From positions 233,122,001-233,186,000 of the forward strand of contig NC_058368.1 in NCBI RefSeq assembly GCF_018350175.1: 64,000 nt of DNA. Direction: 5' to 3'. Position 1 is the stretch's first letter. Each line of letters begins with the position of its first letter. A model generated the notes under the pieces. That model was not told the DNA's origin. It saw nothing but the letters and a program-made list of their open reading frames with translations, and searched no databases. The stretch comes from Felis catus (lineage: Eukaryota). Both the position numbers and the translations under genes were made by a program. This document shows positions 23,062 to 35,005 of the stretch, one piece after another.

Positions 23062-24939
23062 AACAATTGTCCATTTCTAAAACGAATGGTCTGGGCTGAG
23101 GCATGTACTTTTCAGTCTGTCTCCTTTCTTTCACCTTTCAATGTGAATATTCAGAATAATTTCCTCCCAGGCTGCACATTTGTCCCCAGACCCCACCAAG
23201 GCTGGCAAGGGCAGACTCAGACCCGGAGGGGAGCACCGTCCTGGGAAGATCCCCCTACTCTGTCCAGCACCCGTCTTCCCTGTTTCCATCCAGGACTGCC
23301 CTTTCCAATGCAAGCTCATAGAGCAGAAAACGCTGCACCTGTTTGGACCATCCTGAGTGACAGCCAGTGACATGTAAGACAAAGCCCAAATATCTATCTC
23401 TTCACTTCAAGTTCAAAAAAGATGCAACATTCTAGGTGTTTACAGCACAAGACACAACCCTGGTTTTTCGACTATCGCCAGTAAATGAGTGTCCAGAACA
23501 ATGGAGTGATATGTAACCAATATATGTCAAGGCCTTCTCAGCATTCTGGAGGCTGGTCACATAACAATAATTTGGGAACACAAAGAGTTTACCTCCCATG
23601 AGGCTTATTCGGAGTGGCTTCTGTAAACTGACCGAGAAAAACCAATGTTTGACTTTGAGTCAGGAAACCTGATATTAAAAGCTTGAACTATCTGAGTGGA
23701 TTTCTGCAGAATCAAAGATAACCACTCAAGAGCTGAGAAATCCAAAAATTTTTAAAATAAATGGCATCTGTTTGTTTGTAACGGCCACAGACGCAGGCAT
23801 GCGAAACAGAAAAAGTGCGACATTGTGCATCCGTAGTTAAATGATCGCAAACCCAGTTCCCTCCTTGTGTCGGAAAACCTAATCCTGCGAACTCCAGATG
23901 AAATAGGTCATTGCTTCAAAACCCCCTCTCCCGGGTCTGCCCCTCTCCTCCTCTCCAGGGCAGCCCGGACACCTGGGGCTCACAAGGCACCGGGTGTGGA
24001 GTTGGGGTGGATTTGGATCTTAGGGACGCACCACATCACTTCAATGTGTTCTCGTGGTCACACCAGGACCCCCTTCAGTGTGGGAAGAGGGACCCCCGGG
24101 GTGACCATCAGGTGACACGGTTTCACGGGGCTCATCTGGAGAAGTAGCTGGGAGGAAGTTCGTGTTCACTTGGTGAGGTGCAGTGGACACACACAAAAGG
24201 TATCACAATTAAGGGTGTACCGACAGGGACTTGGGTTGGGGTCCGGGTTCCTTAGAATCAGATGGGAGTGTTTTATACAGCACAGCAAAACACTGATATC
24301 AGGAAAAGCCAACTGACCCTCACGGAGCGAATGCCACATGGGAAGGCAGTGTAATTTAAAGAAGGGATTCATCTATTTTTTGTAATATTGTTTTTAGTAT
24401 TGTATTAGAGAAGGAGCTATTATTACAAACTCCTCCCCAACAGAGGACAAGATAACTAAAACATTTCTCTGGCTCTGCAGATTAAAGTGAACACCAGATG
24501 GAAATACCAAGGACAACTGTGTCATCACCAGAAAGTGAGGGGCCAGACCCGGACCCAACATCGGCGAGATGCCTAAATTGTCCCAGTGATCAATGGAACC
24601 AGTGAGGGACTTATCTAGAAACCAGAAATGTCACTTTGTCTCTGTCACAGACCAGGAAGGGATCTAGTGGAGAAATCATGACACGTGCTGCCTGGTATAA
24701 ATCATCCACAATGAACAGATCAGTGTCTCTCTGTTTTCCTCATCTTTTGGTGGTAACTGGACACAGAAATTGCTCCAGCAACTTTGAAAGCCCCGTGGCC
24801 TTGTACTAAATCCCAAGGGCATCTAAACCCTTATGATTATGAAGCTGAATGCCAAGAGCAAAAGAATGATTCTGAAAATGGTCTAAAAGCGCCTCCCTGT
24901 TAACTTGGCTGCCGGACAAACCAGTTCGCGTCCAGCAGA

Positions 24940-26540
24940 AGCTTTTCAGGGCAGTGTGGCCGCTGCTGAGGAGCCCAGAGTGTCCCCAGGCCACAGGTTT
25001 AACCAGGAAAGAAACACGTCCCTGTGAAGGAATCACAGGCAGGAGAACCTCGTGGGCAGCAGGAACAGTGTCAGACCCTGGGAAAGGGCCAAGGAGGCCG
25101 GAGGCCCCGAGAGGAGCAGGAGGCCCCCTGCTGGAGGCCCCGAGAGGAGCAGGGGTTAGAGGCCCCGGGGGAGCTCGGCCCTGGAGGCCCCCTCCCCACC
25201 ACCGTCTGGGCCCTGGAGGGGACGCAGGTGTCGCCTGTCCCCTGAGGCCCCTGGGAGGCGGCATAAGCACCGGGACCGGGGCAGTGTGACAAGTGTCGCA
25301 GCAGGTGAAACCACCCGAGGTGTCCTCCCGGGTGAGCGGGCTTCAGGGACAAGACTAGGGGCCTCAGGACCCGGTTGCAGACTCTTGGCGACCAAGAGCC
25401 GGGGGGGCGGGGTGGGGGGACTCCGTCGGCGTGGCTGCATCCTCCGCAGAGCAAAGCGCGGAGTTCGGGCGTCCGCGACCTTCCGTGCATTTGGCTGAGA
25501 CCGCGGTCGATCGCGCAGCGTCACCAGACGAGTGTCCGCTTCGTTCACTCCTCGTCCCCTTAGGCCACGCCGGGTGACAGAGGTGACAGGGTGCAGCCCC
25601 GGGCCTCGAGCCGCCCCCACCCCTCGAGGAAACAGGTGCGCGACCACCTTGCATGACGTGACCCTTTAAGGGCGGCCGAGGCTCGCCGTTCACCGGAAAA
25701 CGCAACGAGTGCGGACGCGACAGTCACGGGGCCACATCGCCGGGTTCCCGGGGCTCAGCGTCCACACCCACAGCTCCGTCGCGACGGGAGGCCGTCAATC
25801 CGCTCTCCCGCCGGGCGGCCAGGCTCGCGTGTCACCTCCTCCGCCCGCCGCGCACCGGCCCCGGGGTCCGGCCAGACGCCGAGACGTCCGCGGGGCGCCC
25901 CCAGACGGAGACTTGCACACAAGCACGGCAGACGCCCCGAGCGACACGCAGCACGTCCCCAGACACTGCCTCGCGCGCCCTGCACTCGGTCACCTCCTGG
26001 ATGTGTGCGGTGCGCAGAGGAGGACAGCGGAGGTTCCCGGGATTCAGCTCAGCGTCTCCAATCTTCTCAGCTGGTCAGCGGCGCCCGTGAATGTCCTGTC
26101 CCGACTGTCGAGACAAAGGATGCCAACCCCTCCGTGGGCTTTACTCAGCGAGTGATGATGACACGGGAGCTCGGGGACTGGCTCTGGGAGGGACATGGCT
26201 GGCGTGTCGGAAGCGCTTTCCCAGGAAAGCAGGGGCGCTGGCCCTCCGCCACCCCGTCCCTGCCCACGCGTGTCTTGCCGACCCGTCACAGCGCCCCGCG
26301 AGCGGGAACAGTTACACGCAGCCCTGGCCCTTCAAAACGGACCACACGGTCCCCTGGGAACACAGCGTGCCCATCGTCTATCCTGCCCTGGCCCTTCAGC
26401 GCCTTCATCCGGGCGGCCGCTCTGCCTTGCGCGTGGGTGAGCCGTCTCAGGGGCGGGACGGTCAGCCAGAGACCTCTGTGCGGGTAGATCTCTCCTCCCT
26501 GTCACTTCTTTCTTCAGCCCATCCTTAGCCCCCCTCCCGG
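24940..26540. promoter_or_regulatory. CpG island, probable promoter
   Basis: Very GC-rich, dense CpG, non-repeat; CRE-like TGACGTGA near 25654 and GC boxes. Confidence 0.8.
25093..25175 (+). repeat. Short GC-rich tandem repeat (gaggccccgagaggagcagg units)
   Basis: Two to three imperfect copies. Confidence 0.7.
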
Positions 26541-28451
26541 CTTTCGGAACACGTGAGGCTGATCACTCCAGGCCAATAGCTTTCCAAGAGAAATGATTTG
26601 GAAAAAGTCTGTTGGCTAATTTTAGATCTGCTTCCATACACCTGTTAAAGCAACTTACATAACAGAATCAGCAGAAGAGCCCAGAAGGATTTCAGAATTT
26701 GCCTTTCCTGCTTTGCCCTGAAGGCACCTCCGTACTTGGGCGCTGAGCGCTGGTTTGAAAGTCCTAACCAGGCAGCCCAGCTGTACCATTTTCCCTGGCA
26801 GGCAGAACATTCCTCCTCCGCAGGGGAAGGTCTGCCTTGCACGGGGCACTTGGAAGGGCCGCCGGGGAGCAGGGGAGGACAGCCGTCAGAGCCCTATTCT
26901 GCCAAATCTCTAGAGAAAATGAGCGATGTCAGCTCACAGGTCCCAAGTCAGTTTCTTCCAACAGAAGTAGGCATTCGCTCACCGAGAGAAGCCAACGATG
27001 CCGTGACAAGGAAAGAGGACAGATGGCTGGACCATTCCATGGACGAGAAGCTGGGGCAGGGAGTCAAGATCCAAGTCTTTGTCTTCAGGCTCTCGGCTCC
27101 AAATGTTCATGTTAAAAAATAAGGAAATCCCGTATAGACACATGCAAGAATTATTTGAGCAGATTGTCTTATTCCATGAGCGTCAACGATGACATTGGGA
27201 AGCTTGTTTTCTACCCACTTGAGACCCAGACTAAGAGCTGTCCGTGGTAACACCTCAGGTGCATGAGCTCCTGGGACAGGGATGTTGAGCTACAGCCCCA
27301 GGCAAACGGGGATGGAGACATTGTCTCTGGTCCGTTGTGCAGCTCCAGGTGGTCGCCCCACTGCTGCTTTGTTGGGAATAAACTTCATGGAGAAGGGACA
27401 ATCAGAACAAAGGCAGGGGGCCTCGTCCCTCCTAAATTGTGACCTCATTCTTATGTTACATGGTAATCACTGATTTTTCTCTTCTGAAAACAATGCTACC
27501 CATCCTTCACTTGTGAATACCAATATGTGTGTGATAAGACGTCAAAATGATGGAGCAAATTGGAAGAAAATCACCCATGATTTGTTGCTTTACAAATTTT
27601 CATTTTTTGTGATGTCCAGTTGTAAGATGGAATCCAAAGCAAAGGGAAAATACCTGGTAATACTGTAAAAGATATTTTACTGTCATTTCCAACATTTTAA
27701 GAAGCCAAGACATTTTCATTTCCGAGAATAGCCCCTGCGGCGGGCTCTCTTGCCTGTGAGATTTTCCTACTGACTTAAACTAGAGACCTGGCAGGATTTT
27801 ACCACCTCTTGATTGAAGTGTGTGGGGAGAGACTGCAGTTCCCCATATTAATGACACCTCCGGACAATGATCTGGGTCACCGTGGAGGGCCTGTCTCAGT
27901 CTTTGTACAGGAACACCATGGACAGAAACCGGTTTTCCTCCAGCATCAGAGAAGCAACCCGATAATCTTCTCTGTTTGGCATGTGCTACAAAGATTTGAG
28001 AAGGAAAGAAGGAAGACAGAAGCAAGATTCCACATGGAGCATTACAGTGTTTTTAATTATTAGGTCAATGTAGTGAGATGTTGCAAATTCCTCTATTGCT
28101 TTATGATGACCTGGCTTTGATCACCTCCAATGAGAAATGAATCTCCTTCAATAGAACCTAAGAATAGGTGTCTCCATTTAAGCTGGCTTTGATTCATTAT
28201 TCATAGAAAAGAAATTAGGTTGTTGGTCCTTAATAAAGGTTAATAAATCAATAAGTGCTATTTTAGGGAAAAAAAATAAGTGAAATTTCCAAAATGGTCC
28301 ATTCTGGACTCATAGAATATAAATGGAGTGCTCTTAGTGAAGCACTTGACAAGGTCGCGAAGATTTTGTTTCTGGAATGTATGGAGATTTTTAGCTCATG
28401 GGAGAGAAAAGAAAAAAGAATCAAATTCAGACACATCAACTTTAATTAAGT

Positions 28452-29057
28452 TTTTTTTTTAATATATGAAATTTATTGTCAAATTGGTTTCCATACAACA
28501 CCCAGTGCTCATCCCAAAAGGTGCCCTCCTCAATACCCATCACCCACCCTCCCCTTCCTCCCACCCCCCATCAACCCTCAGTTTGTTCTCAGTTTTTAAC
28601 AGTCTCTTATGCTTTGGCTCTCTCCCACTCTAACCTCTTTTTTTTTTTTTCCTTCCCTTCCCCCATGTGTTCATAGCAGCACTCTCAACAATAGCCAAAT
28701 TATGGAAAGAGCCTAAATGTCCATCAACTGATGAATGGATAAAGAAATTGTGGTTTATATACACAATGGAATACTACGTGGCAATGAGAAAAAATGAAAT
28801 ATGGCCTTTTGTAGCAACGTGGATGGAATTAAGGTTTTTTTAATCTTTATTTATTTTTGAGGGAGAGAGAGAGAGTGCGGGGGGTGGGGGGGGGGGGCTG
28901 GTGGTGCAGAGAGAGAGGGAGACACAGAATCGAAAGCAGGCTCCAGTCTCCGAGAGGTCAGCGCAGAGCCCGACGCGGGACTCAAACTTGTGAACCGTGA
29001 GATCATGACCTGAGTCAAAGCCAGACGCTTAACCGACTGAGCCACCCAGGCGCCCCT
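28452..29057 (-). mobile_element. 5'-inverted L1 3' end (28452-28830) nested in the tail of a Can-SINE (28836-29057)
   Basis: L1 TSD aattaag; SINE TSD caga(c/t)acatcaactttaa. Confidence 0.85.
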
Positions 29058-30404
29058 CAGATACATCAACTTTAACATTAAGCTCGGAGACCTAAAGATG
29101 GAAAGCAAGTGGCCTAACTGTCCATCACTGAATAGTACATTCGATTTCCCTTAAAGACAGATGTACCCATTTAATCAGAAATAAAAACAAGAGTTTTTTC
29201 TTATATTGCCCTAAATCTAAGGTGGTCGTAACCACCTTAGTTTCTTTCCATAGACACTGGCTCCATATTATTTTGGACAAGTTGATGTGCGCTCTGTATA
29301 TTCTGAAACAAGCAACCGTGTTTGAAGCCTGTGGAAGGATCTTGCATTCTTTCCTGCACTGAGAGAAACCACTGACAGTGAGGAGAATGTACTGCTTCTA
29401 AAACATGCCTTCTTCCTCCTGCAGGTTTTAGCTAAGAAGTTAAGACTTTGTACAGTGGAAGGTGAACCGGGCCACATGATGTGGATCTTCCAACTGCTCT
29501 AGGAGAGATACGAGAATAAAATATTTGTAGGTAGTCATTTCAAATAATACAAAAGATGTAACCATCTTTCTCTATTGAACGTGTCTTCCAAATGGAAAAA
29601 TAAAAAGAATATGAGTTTAGATTGTTGGGAGTTAGGTAACACTGAATTATTTTTTTAAATACACCAGGATGGAGACGGGCCCCATTTTGAGTCCATTCAT
29701 GTAGATTTCTCTGTTTCTCAACCCATGCATTGGCGTGTTTTCATATGTGTATGTTTATACACAATATTAAATGAACATGTGATATGTATTCGTAGATAGT
29801 ATATATACATGCAGTGTATGGGGGCGTATGTGCAAACGTCTGGAAGAATTTTGGTCACTAAGCTTTCCTGTGTGGTGAACATTGAGATTTCTAGTGATGT
29901 GTTGGTGTCTTCTTTATTGTTCTGATTTCTAACGTTTATGTCCGTACAGGGAGCTTATGTCATCTATGCCACTCAGAAAAACACGAGACATTTTATTGAC
30001 ATTTTTATTGGGAAAAAAATGTCACTACTCAATATGTGTGAACAGATTGTGCTTTCACCTCCTGCATATCTTCTCCTATGATGGGTGATATTAGGGCTTT
30101 TAAAAATGAGTCCTTTGCCTCTCACCCCCAGACATCACCTCCATGTTAAATCAACAGGGGAAAACTAAAATGATTATAGTCTACATTTTATTCATCTTGC
30201 AAGTGAGCCATTTTGTTCTTCTAAGTGCACAAACCATTTGCATTCATATTTGGCTGAAATCAAGCATTTATCACACACTGTGGATCATTCCTGCAAACCA
30301 CATCGGTTTCTAAGAAACAAATTCTGACACGGTCCCACACAAGACAGATGGTTCAACATCAGGGCTTGAAGCTGAGCCCTGATGCTTCCGAAATCTTCAT
30401 TCCA

Positions 30405-30662
30405 GGGGCACCTGGCTGGCTCAGTTGGTTGAGCATCGGGCTCTTGACTTCAGTTCAGAACATGATCTCACAGTTTGTGGGTTCGAGCCCCGCATTGGGC
30501 TCTGTGCTGACAGTGCAGAGACTGCTTGGGATTCTGTCTCCCTCTCTCTCTGCACCTCCCCTGCTTAGTCTCTGTCTCTAAGAAAGAAAGGAAGGAAGGA
30601 AGGAAGGAAGAAAGAAAGAGAGAGGGAGGGAGGGAGGGAGGGAGGGAGGAAGGAAGGAAGGA
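30405..30662 (+). mobile_element. Can-SINE with (GAAG)n/(GGAG)n tail
   Basis: SINE head, then purine microsatellite 30581-30662. Confidence 0.92.
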
Positions 30663-30919
30663 ATCTTCCTTCCAAAGCAATGAGGAAAGAATGAGGAAAC
30701 AACCAACACACCTGCATAAGAACACTTTGACATTCCTGAGACTATAGAGAAATATCACCGCCAACAACAAACTTAAACCCGAACACAATTTTAGTGGATC
30801 AAATTATTTGTTGCAGCCAACCCCAGATAGGGGAAAGTTCTCTGCATGTTCTTCACTTCCAGACAAAGCAGTGACATTCAGGGGATAGCAATCCCAATAT
30901 GGGTTATGTTGGTTTCGTC

Positions 30920-31163
30920 TTTACTTTCTTTTCTTTTTTTTCTTTTTTTTAATTTTTTTTTTCAACGTTTATTTATTTTTGGGACAGAGAGAGACAGAGC
31001 ATGAACGGGGGAGGGGCAGAGAGAGGGAGACACAGAATCGGAAACAGGCTCCAGGCTCTGAGCCATCAGCCCAGAGCCCGACGCGGGGCTCGAACTCACG
31101 GACCGCGAGATCGTGACCTGGCTGAAGTCGGACGCTTAACCGACTGCGCCACCCAGGCGCCCC
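30920..31163 (-). mobile_element. Young feline Can-SINE
   Basis: TSD ctttactttcttttctt. Confidence 0.97.
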
Positions 31164-32269
31164 TTTACTTTCTTTTCTTAATAAATTATTTGTTTTCACA
31201 AGTGTCTGCAACTTTTATACAGAATAAAGTGCTGACTTTTACTCATTTGCCACAGAAAAATTCTAATGTTAAGAGAACTGCAGAGTAAAATAAATTAAAT
31301 TCCATTTTTTTGAAAGCATGGCTTACTAAAGGCAGAAACTTCGGCAAAGAGAAAATTACAGCACTAAAGGTTACGTGAAAAGGAACCACGAAAAGAACCT
31401 GAGAGGAAATATTAAACATGAGAAAACCTGCCCTGAGCAAATACTGTACCCTGATGTCTTGATTTTTTAGCATTTCAATATTATTTGTAAAGATGTTCTA
31501 CAAATTGCCGTTAATATTTTCAAAGGAATTCAATAGATGGAGGCAAAATTGAGAGACCACCCACCAGTAGAAGCCATGGCACTCGGTGCTGGCACCAGAA
31601 TCCACATCATGGCCTCAGGTTCTGAGTCTCTGCCCGGCCAAGGGTCCTCTCCGAGGACACACGCATGGAGATGACATTAGCAAGCTGTAGCCACAGGCAA
31701 GTGACGTCACTCAGGGCAGGGTGAGGGCGGGGCTTGGGCTTCAATCTTGCTCCCAGAACCAAGGGCACACAAATCAGTGTGGTCGTGGTCCACACTGTTC
31801 TATCTCACCGTGACAGGCAGTGGGGTGATGGGGAGACCCAGGGGTTGGCGTCAGATGGGGCCCGAGCACACTGCACCTGTTCCCCTGTCTGGGCTCTGCA
31901 CCAACGGGGGAGTGATGGGCAGATGCTTGATGGGCCATCATGCCCATTCCTGACAAAGGCTGGGTGGGAGACACTGGCTTCTAGGAAAGAAGGCTAACGA
32001 ACCCAGGAACCAGCGACTCTCCCTTCTCTGGCCCAGAACAAGGACAAGACCTGCGGGACAGACACACTGGGGCAGACAGGTGCGGCCAAAGGGGACAGGA
32101 GGGCATGGCTCTGACCCGCTCGGCTCATTCCTCCCAGAGTTCAGCCCCAGCTCTTTCCTGGGCACAGTGAGGACAGTGAAGAGAAAAGCCAGTAATCACA
32201 CGAAGGGAGCTCCTTTCCCAGGATGGAAGAACCCCAGTTGGCCAAGGCTCTGCCCCGAGCACAAGGTTT

Positions 32270-32460
32270 TAGAGTGGGACACCCCTGGCCTTGACTCTGG
32301 CCCCCGGACTTACCAGCCATATATGGTGGGCAAGCTGCCTAATTCTCATGCTGTTCTGTTCCTCATACATAAACGCAGATGCAGTTAAATATGTGCATTA
32401 AATAAGATGAGATCAATGTATAAAACGCTTGGCAAATGCTTAACAAATGGGAGTTAATAT
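32270..32460 (+). mobile_element. MIR
   Basis: 'ctgttctgttcctcatacataaa...gcattaaataagatgag...aaaacgcttggca'. Confidence 0.6.
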
Positions 32461-32999
32461 CCACATTGTCATTCTGAGCCGACTGTGTATTTACTCAGTT
32501 GTGGTTTTTTGATAGTTATTCATATATTAACCAATGAGATGTGGATCTACGTTACAGCACACTGCCAGTCCCCTCCATCTGTCTGTAGTTACTCTGAGAG
32601 AAATCAAAACATCCTGGACAAGGATAATGGAGTATCTTTAATCAAATGCAAACAAGTAAGACTAGGCTATGCTGAGATTTTCCTGAAAGGCTCCCTGTTG
32701 ATTTTCCCTTCTCAATACGGCTCAAGTTTGTTTCCCATCCTTGCTTCCCAGCCTTGGTACTGGTACCTCTCACCTGTCCTCTTAAATATTCTCCTGGGCG
32801 CTGGTCTGCTTCCTCCAATTTCTACCCAGAAAATCCAGAGAGTTTCTTCTAAAGATGGAAAGCAGTCCAAGGAGTTCCCAATCAATCTGGACTCTGCTTC
32901 ACTCTGCGTCCTCATCAGAGACAGTCATATCCTAGACTCCCGGGTTCCAATCATCCTTGTCTTCGGACTCAAGGTCAGTTTCTCAAGAGCGTCCTGACT

Positions 33000-33372
33000 C
33001 TAGGCCTTTGCACTCTCTGATCCACGCGCTCTGTTCTCGGCTGTGCTGGTAGACTGTTAGCAGTTTTGTCACCTAAGCAGGTGTCTTCATAACTCAGATG
33101 AGATGTAACCTTCTCAGGAGAGCTTCTCTTGACCTCCCCGGCCGGGAATAAGACTTATCTTCAAGTCATAATCTCACATTTTACCTCTGTGTAACTTCAG
33201 TTTGAGCCGTCCCTCCCCCCAGCCTGGATGTTCCTCAAGAACACGGAGGGAATCATTTCACGAGGATCCTCACTACCAGGCCCAAGCATGGGTACATAGT
33301 AGGTGTCGGGTACACATTTCTCCAATTCCTCAAAAATGAATGAATGAATGAATGAATGAATGAATGAATGAA
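33000..33372 (+). mobile_element. L2 3' end with (TGAA)n tail
   Basis: 'ggtacatagtaggtg' and (TGAA)n at 33337-33372. Confidence 0.7.
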
Positions 33373-34789
33373 ATGCAAATAGATGATGTTACTTGGGTGA
33401 CTCTTCTCCGTTTTTATTCAGTATCCCTATTGCCCCCATCCCTGCCTCTCCCATCCCACAGAGGAGCCATTACAATCCTTTACGTTCTTTCCAAAATCCC
33501 TAGTCTAATTGGTCACACCCACTTCTTTATCTGCAATGACCAGGATAACACTCAGAGTCAAGGTCGCTGTGGGACGTGATGGTCCAATCAATAGATTCTC
33601 GGTGTAAAGATTGAAAGATTGTAGAATCCACTAGGGAAATTCCTCGGAGAATCTTTAGGGTTTCTTCCTCTCTAATTTCTCTATTTTGAGATTCTGTTTC
33701 TGTAATCCCTCCTTCGGCCTATCATACCCATCCCTCCCTTTTTGGTTTAATGAACACCTCACTAATCTTTTAGCTCAGATATTTTCAGTTCTCAGTTATT
33801 TTTGGTCGCTAAGAGCATAGCCGATGCCTGAAAAGGGCCCTCCTTTTTGGAAAGTTACCAGTATCCAGGCAGAATCCAGAGGAAGGGAGGAAAGCAATGT
33901 AGGCCTTCAAGAAGCTGTGCAAGGAGAAGGTGTCTATCCCTGAGATATTTTTCCCCTGGTGTTTCTCCAGTAGAGCAATGAAGTGTCCCCAAAAGAGGAG
34001 CCCCTGGGCAAAAGGAGGCAGGTTGCTGCACTCAGGGTGTCTGGCCTTGCCCCATTCAGAACGTAGTTTGGGTATCTTGCCCTTGGTCCAGAATGGTCCA
34101 CCAGGTCCAACATTCTCTTGTGGGGCTGTTGGCGTTATCGGAATACTTTACAAGAAATTCAAATTTAAAACCCCCAAAACCTTGATGTCATTATCTGGAC
34201 CTTAGCCTTTCTTCCTCCTACGTCCTTTGTATTACAAATAACCATTTTATTAAATAATTAGCTGTCGACTTTCAGCCGAGAAGTATCTGTAATATCAAAG
34301 TCCCTGTTAATCTTATAAACACAGTGTTATGTGAGGCAAAGTATGGAGCTGAATTTGGCAATAGTATCTGGCATGAGTTGAATGTTTCCCATAATCAGGT
34401 GAGAAATATGAATGCTTGGGTACCAAGCAGGAGAAAGAGTGAAGAAGAGAGAAGAAAGGAAATCAGACAAAAGAGTGAGAAACAGGGACACATTGAGAAG
34501 AAGGAGTTGGTGAGGAACAGTCAGCGTCAAGGTAGCTGGAAAGAAAACAGGTCATTGGGAGCCCCATGTCGTGCAGTGGGCGAGCTGCGCCCCCCCCCCC
34601 CAGTGACCTTCCAGCTCTTCATGAATGAAGATATCATTAATTCTACTCTAAGCAATTACCCTAGATGGAGAAATTACCTACCCCGAGGTAGCACACTGAA
34701 GCCAGAGGAAAGAGGAAACTGTAGATCCTGCTGAAAATATGGAGAAACCTGGGGGTGTTTATGAGAAAGAGAGTTTATTTTTTCTTTCA

Positions 34790-35005
34790 ATTTTTTTTAA
34801 TGTTTTTTTTTTTATTTTTGAGAGAGAGAGAAAGAGAGCACTAGCAGGGTAGGGGCAGTGAGAGAGGAAGACACAGAATCCGAAGCAGGCTCCAGGCTCT
34901 GAGCTGTCAGCACAGAGCCGGACGCGGGGCTCGAACCCACGGACCGTGAGATCACGACCTGAGCTGAAGTCGGATGTGCCACCAACTGAGCCATCCAGGT
35001 GTCCC
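34790..35005 (-). mobile_element. Can-SINE
   Basis: TSD agaaagagagttta. Confidence 0.95.

Larger units (their letters stand above)
7560..24200 (+). pseudogene. Endogenous bornavirus-like L polymerase (EBLL-like), decayed and split into many pieces by transposon insertions
   Basis: About 15 colinear motifs vs BoDV-1 L: TTHLTNLL (7588) ~ DQSLKNPL; T*NHF (8055-8069) ~ TYNHF; SSHFP (9963) ~ SWYFP; LLGIVYQLEFTRGYIFRN (10276-10329) ~ LLSIFRAEFIKGYVSKN; WTLF (10436) ~ WQLF; SDNSVI (10500) ~ SDKAII; motif A LNYFPWNQTGYR (11596-11631) ~ LDYSSWCNGFR; motif B QK*/FTIL (12415-12436) ~ QKLWTIL; IYSKV (12760) ~ LYSKL; ISLTGPSDGSGL (13309-13344) ~ LCLVGPSIGGL; TQDPL (13392) ~ MSDPL; FLLLVTD (19932-19952) ~ WLSLVTD; KLFW..KVLNGL (22702-22740) ~ RLTWGRDLVGV; SGNLILK (23660-23680) ~ GGTLTHR; LSEWI (23688) ~ LSTWL; VTRF..HLEK (24112-24144) ~ LERF..DMQK. 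Confidence 0.85.

Noticed and set aside
1670..23750. Spliced host (pseudo)gene suggested by AG/GT-like sites flanking unique segments (e.g. 10297-10338, 19806-19911, 22635-22757)
   Set aside because: Every candidate exon chain has stops, and viral similarity runs straight through the supposed splice sites.
24806..26528. Many overlapping ORFs in the CpG island
   Set aside because: Expected from stop-codon scarcity in GC-rich DNA; low-complexity P/G/R translations.
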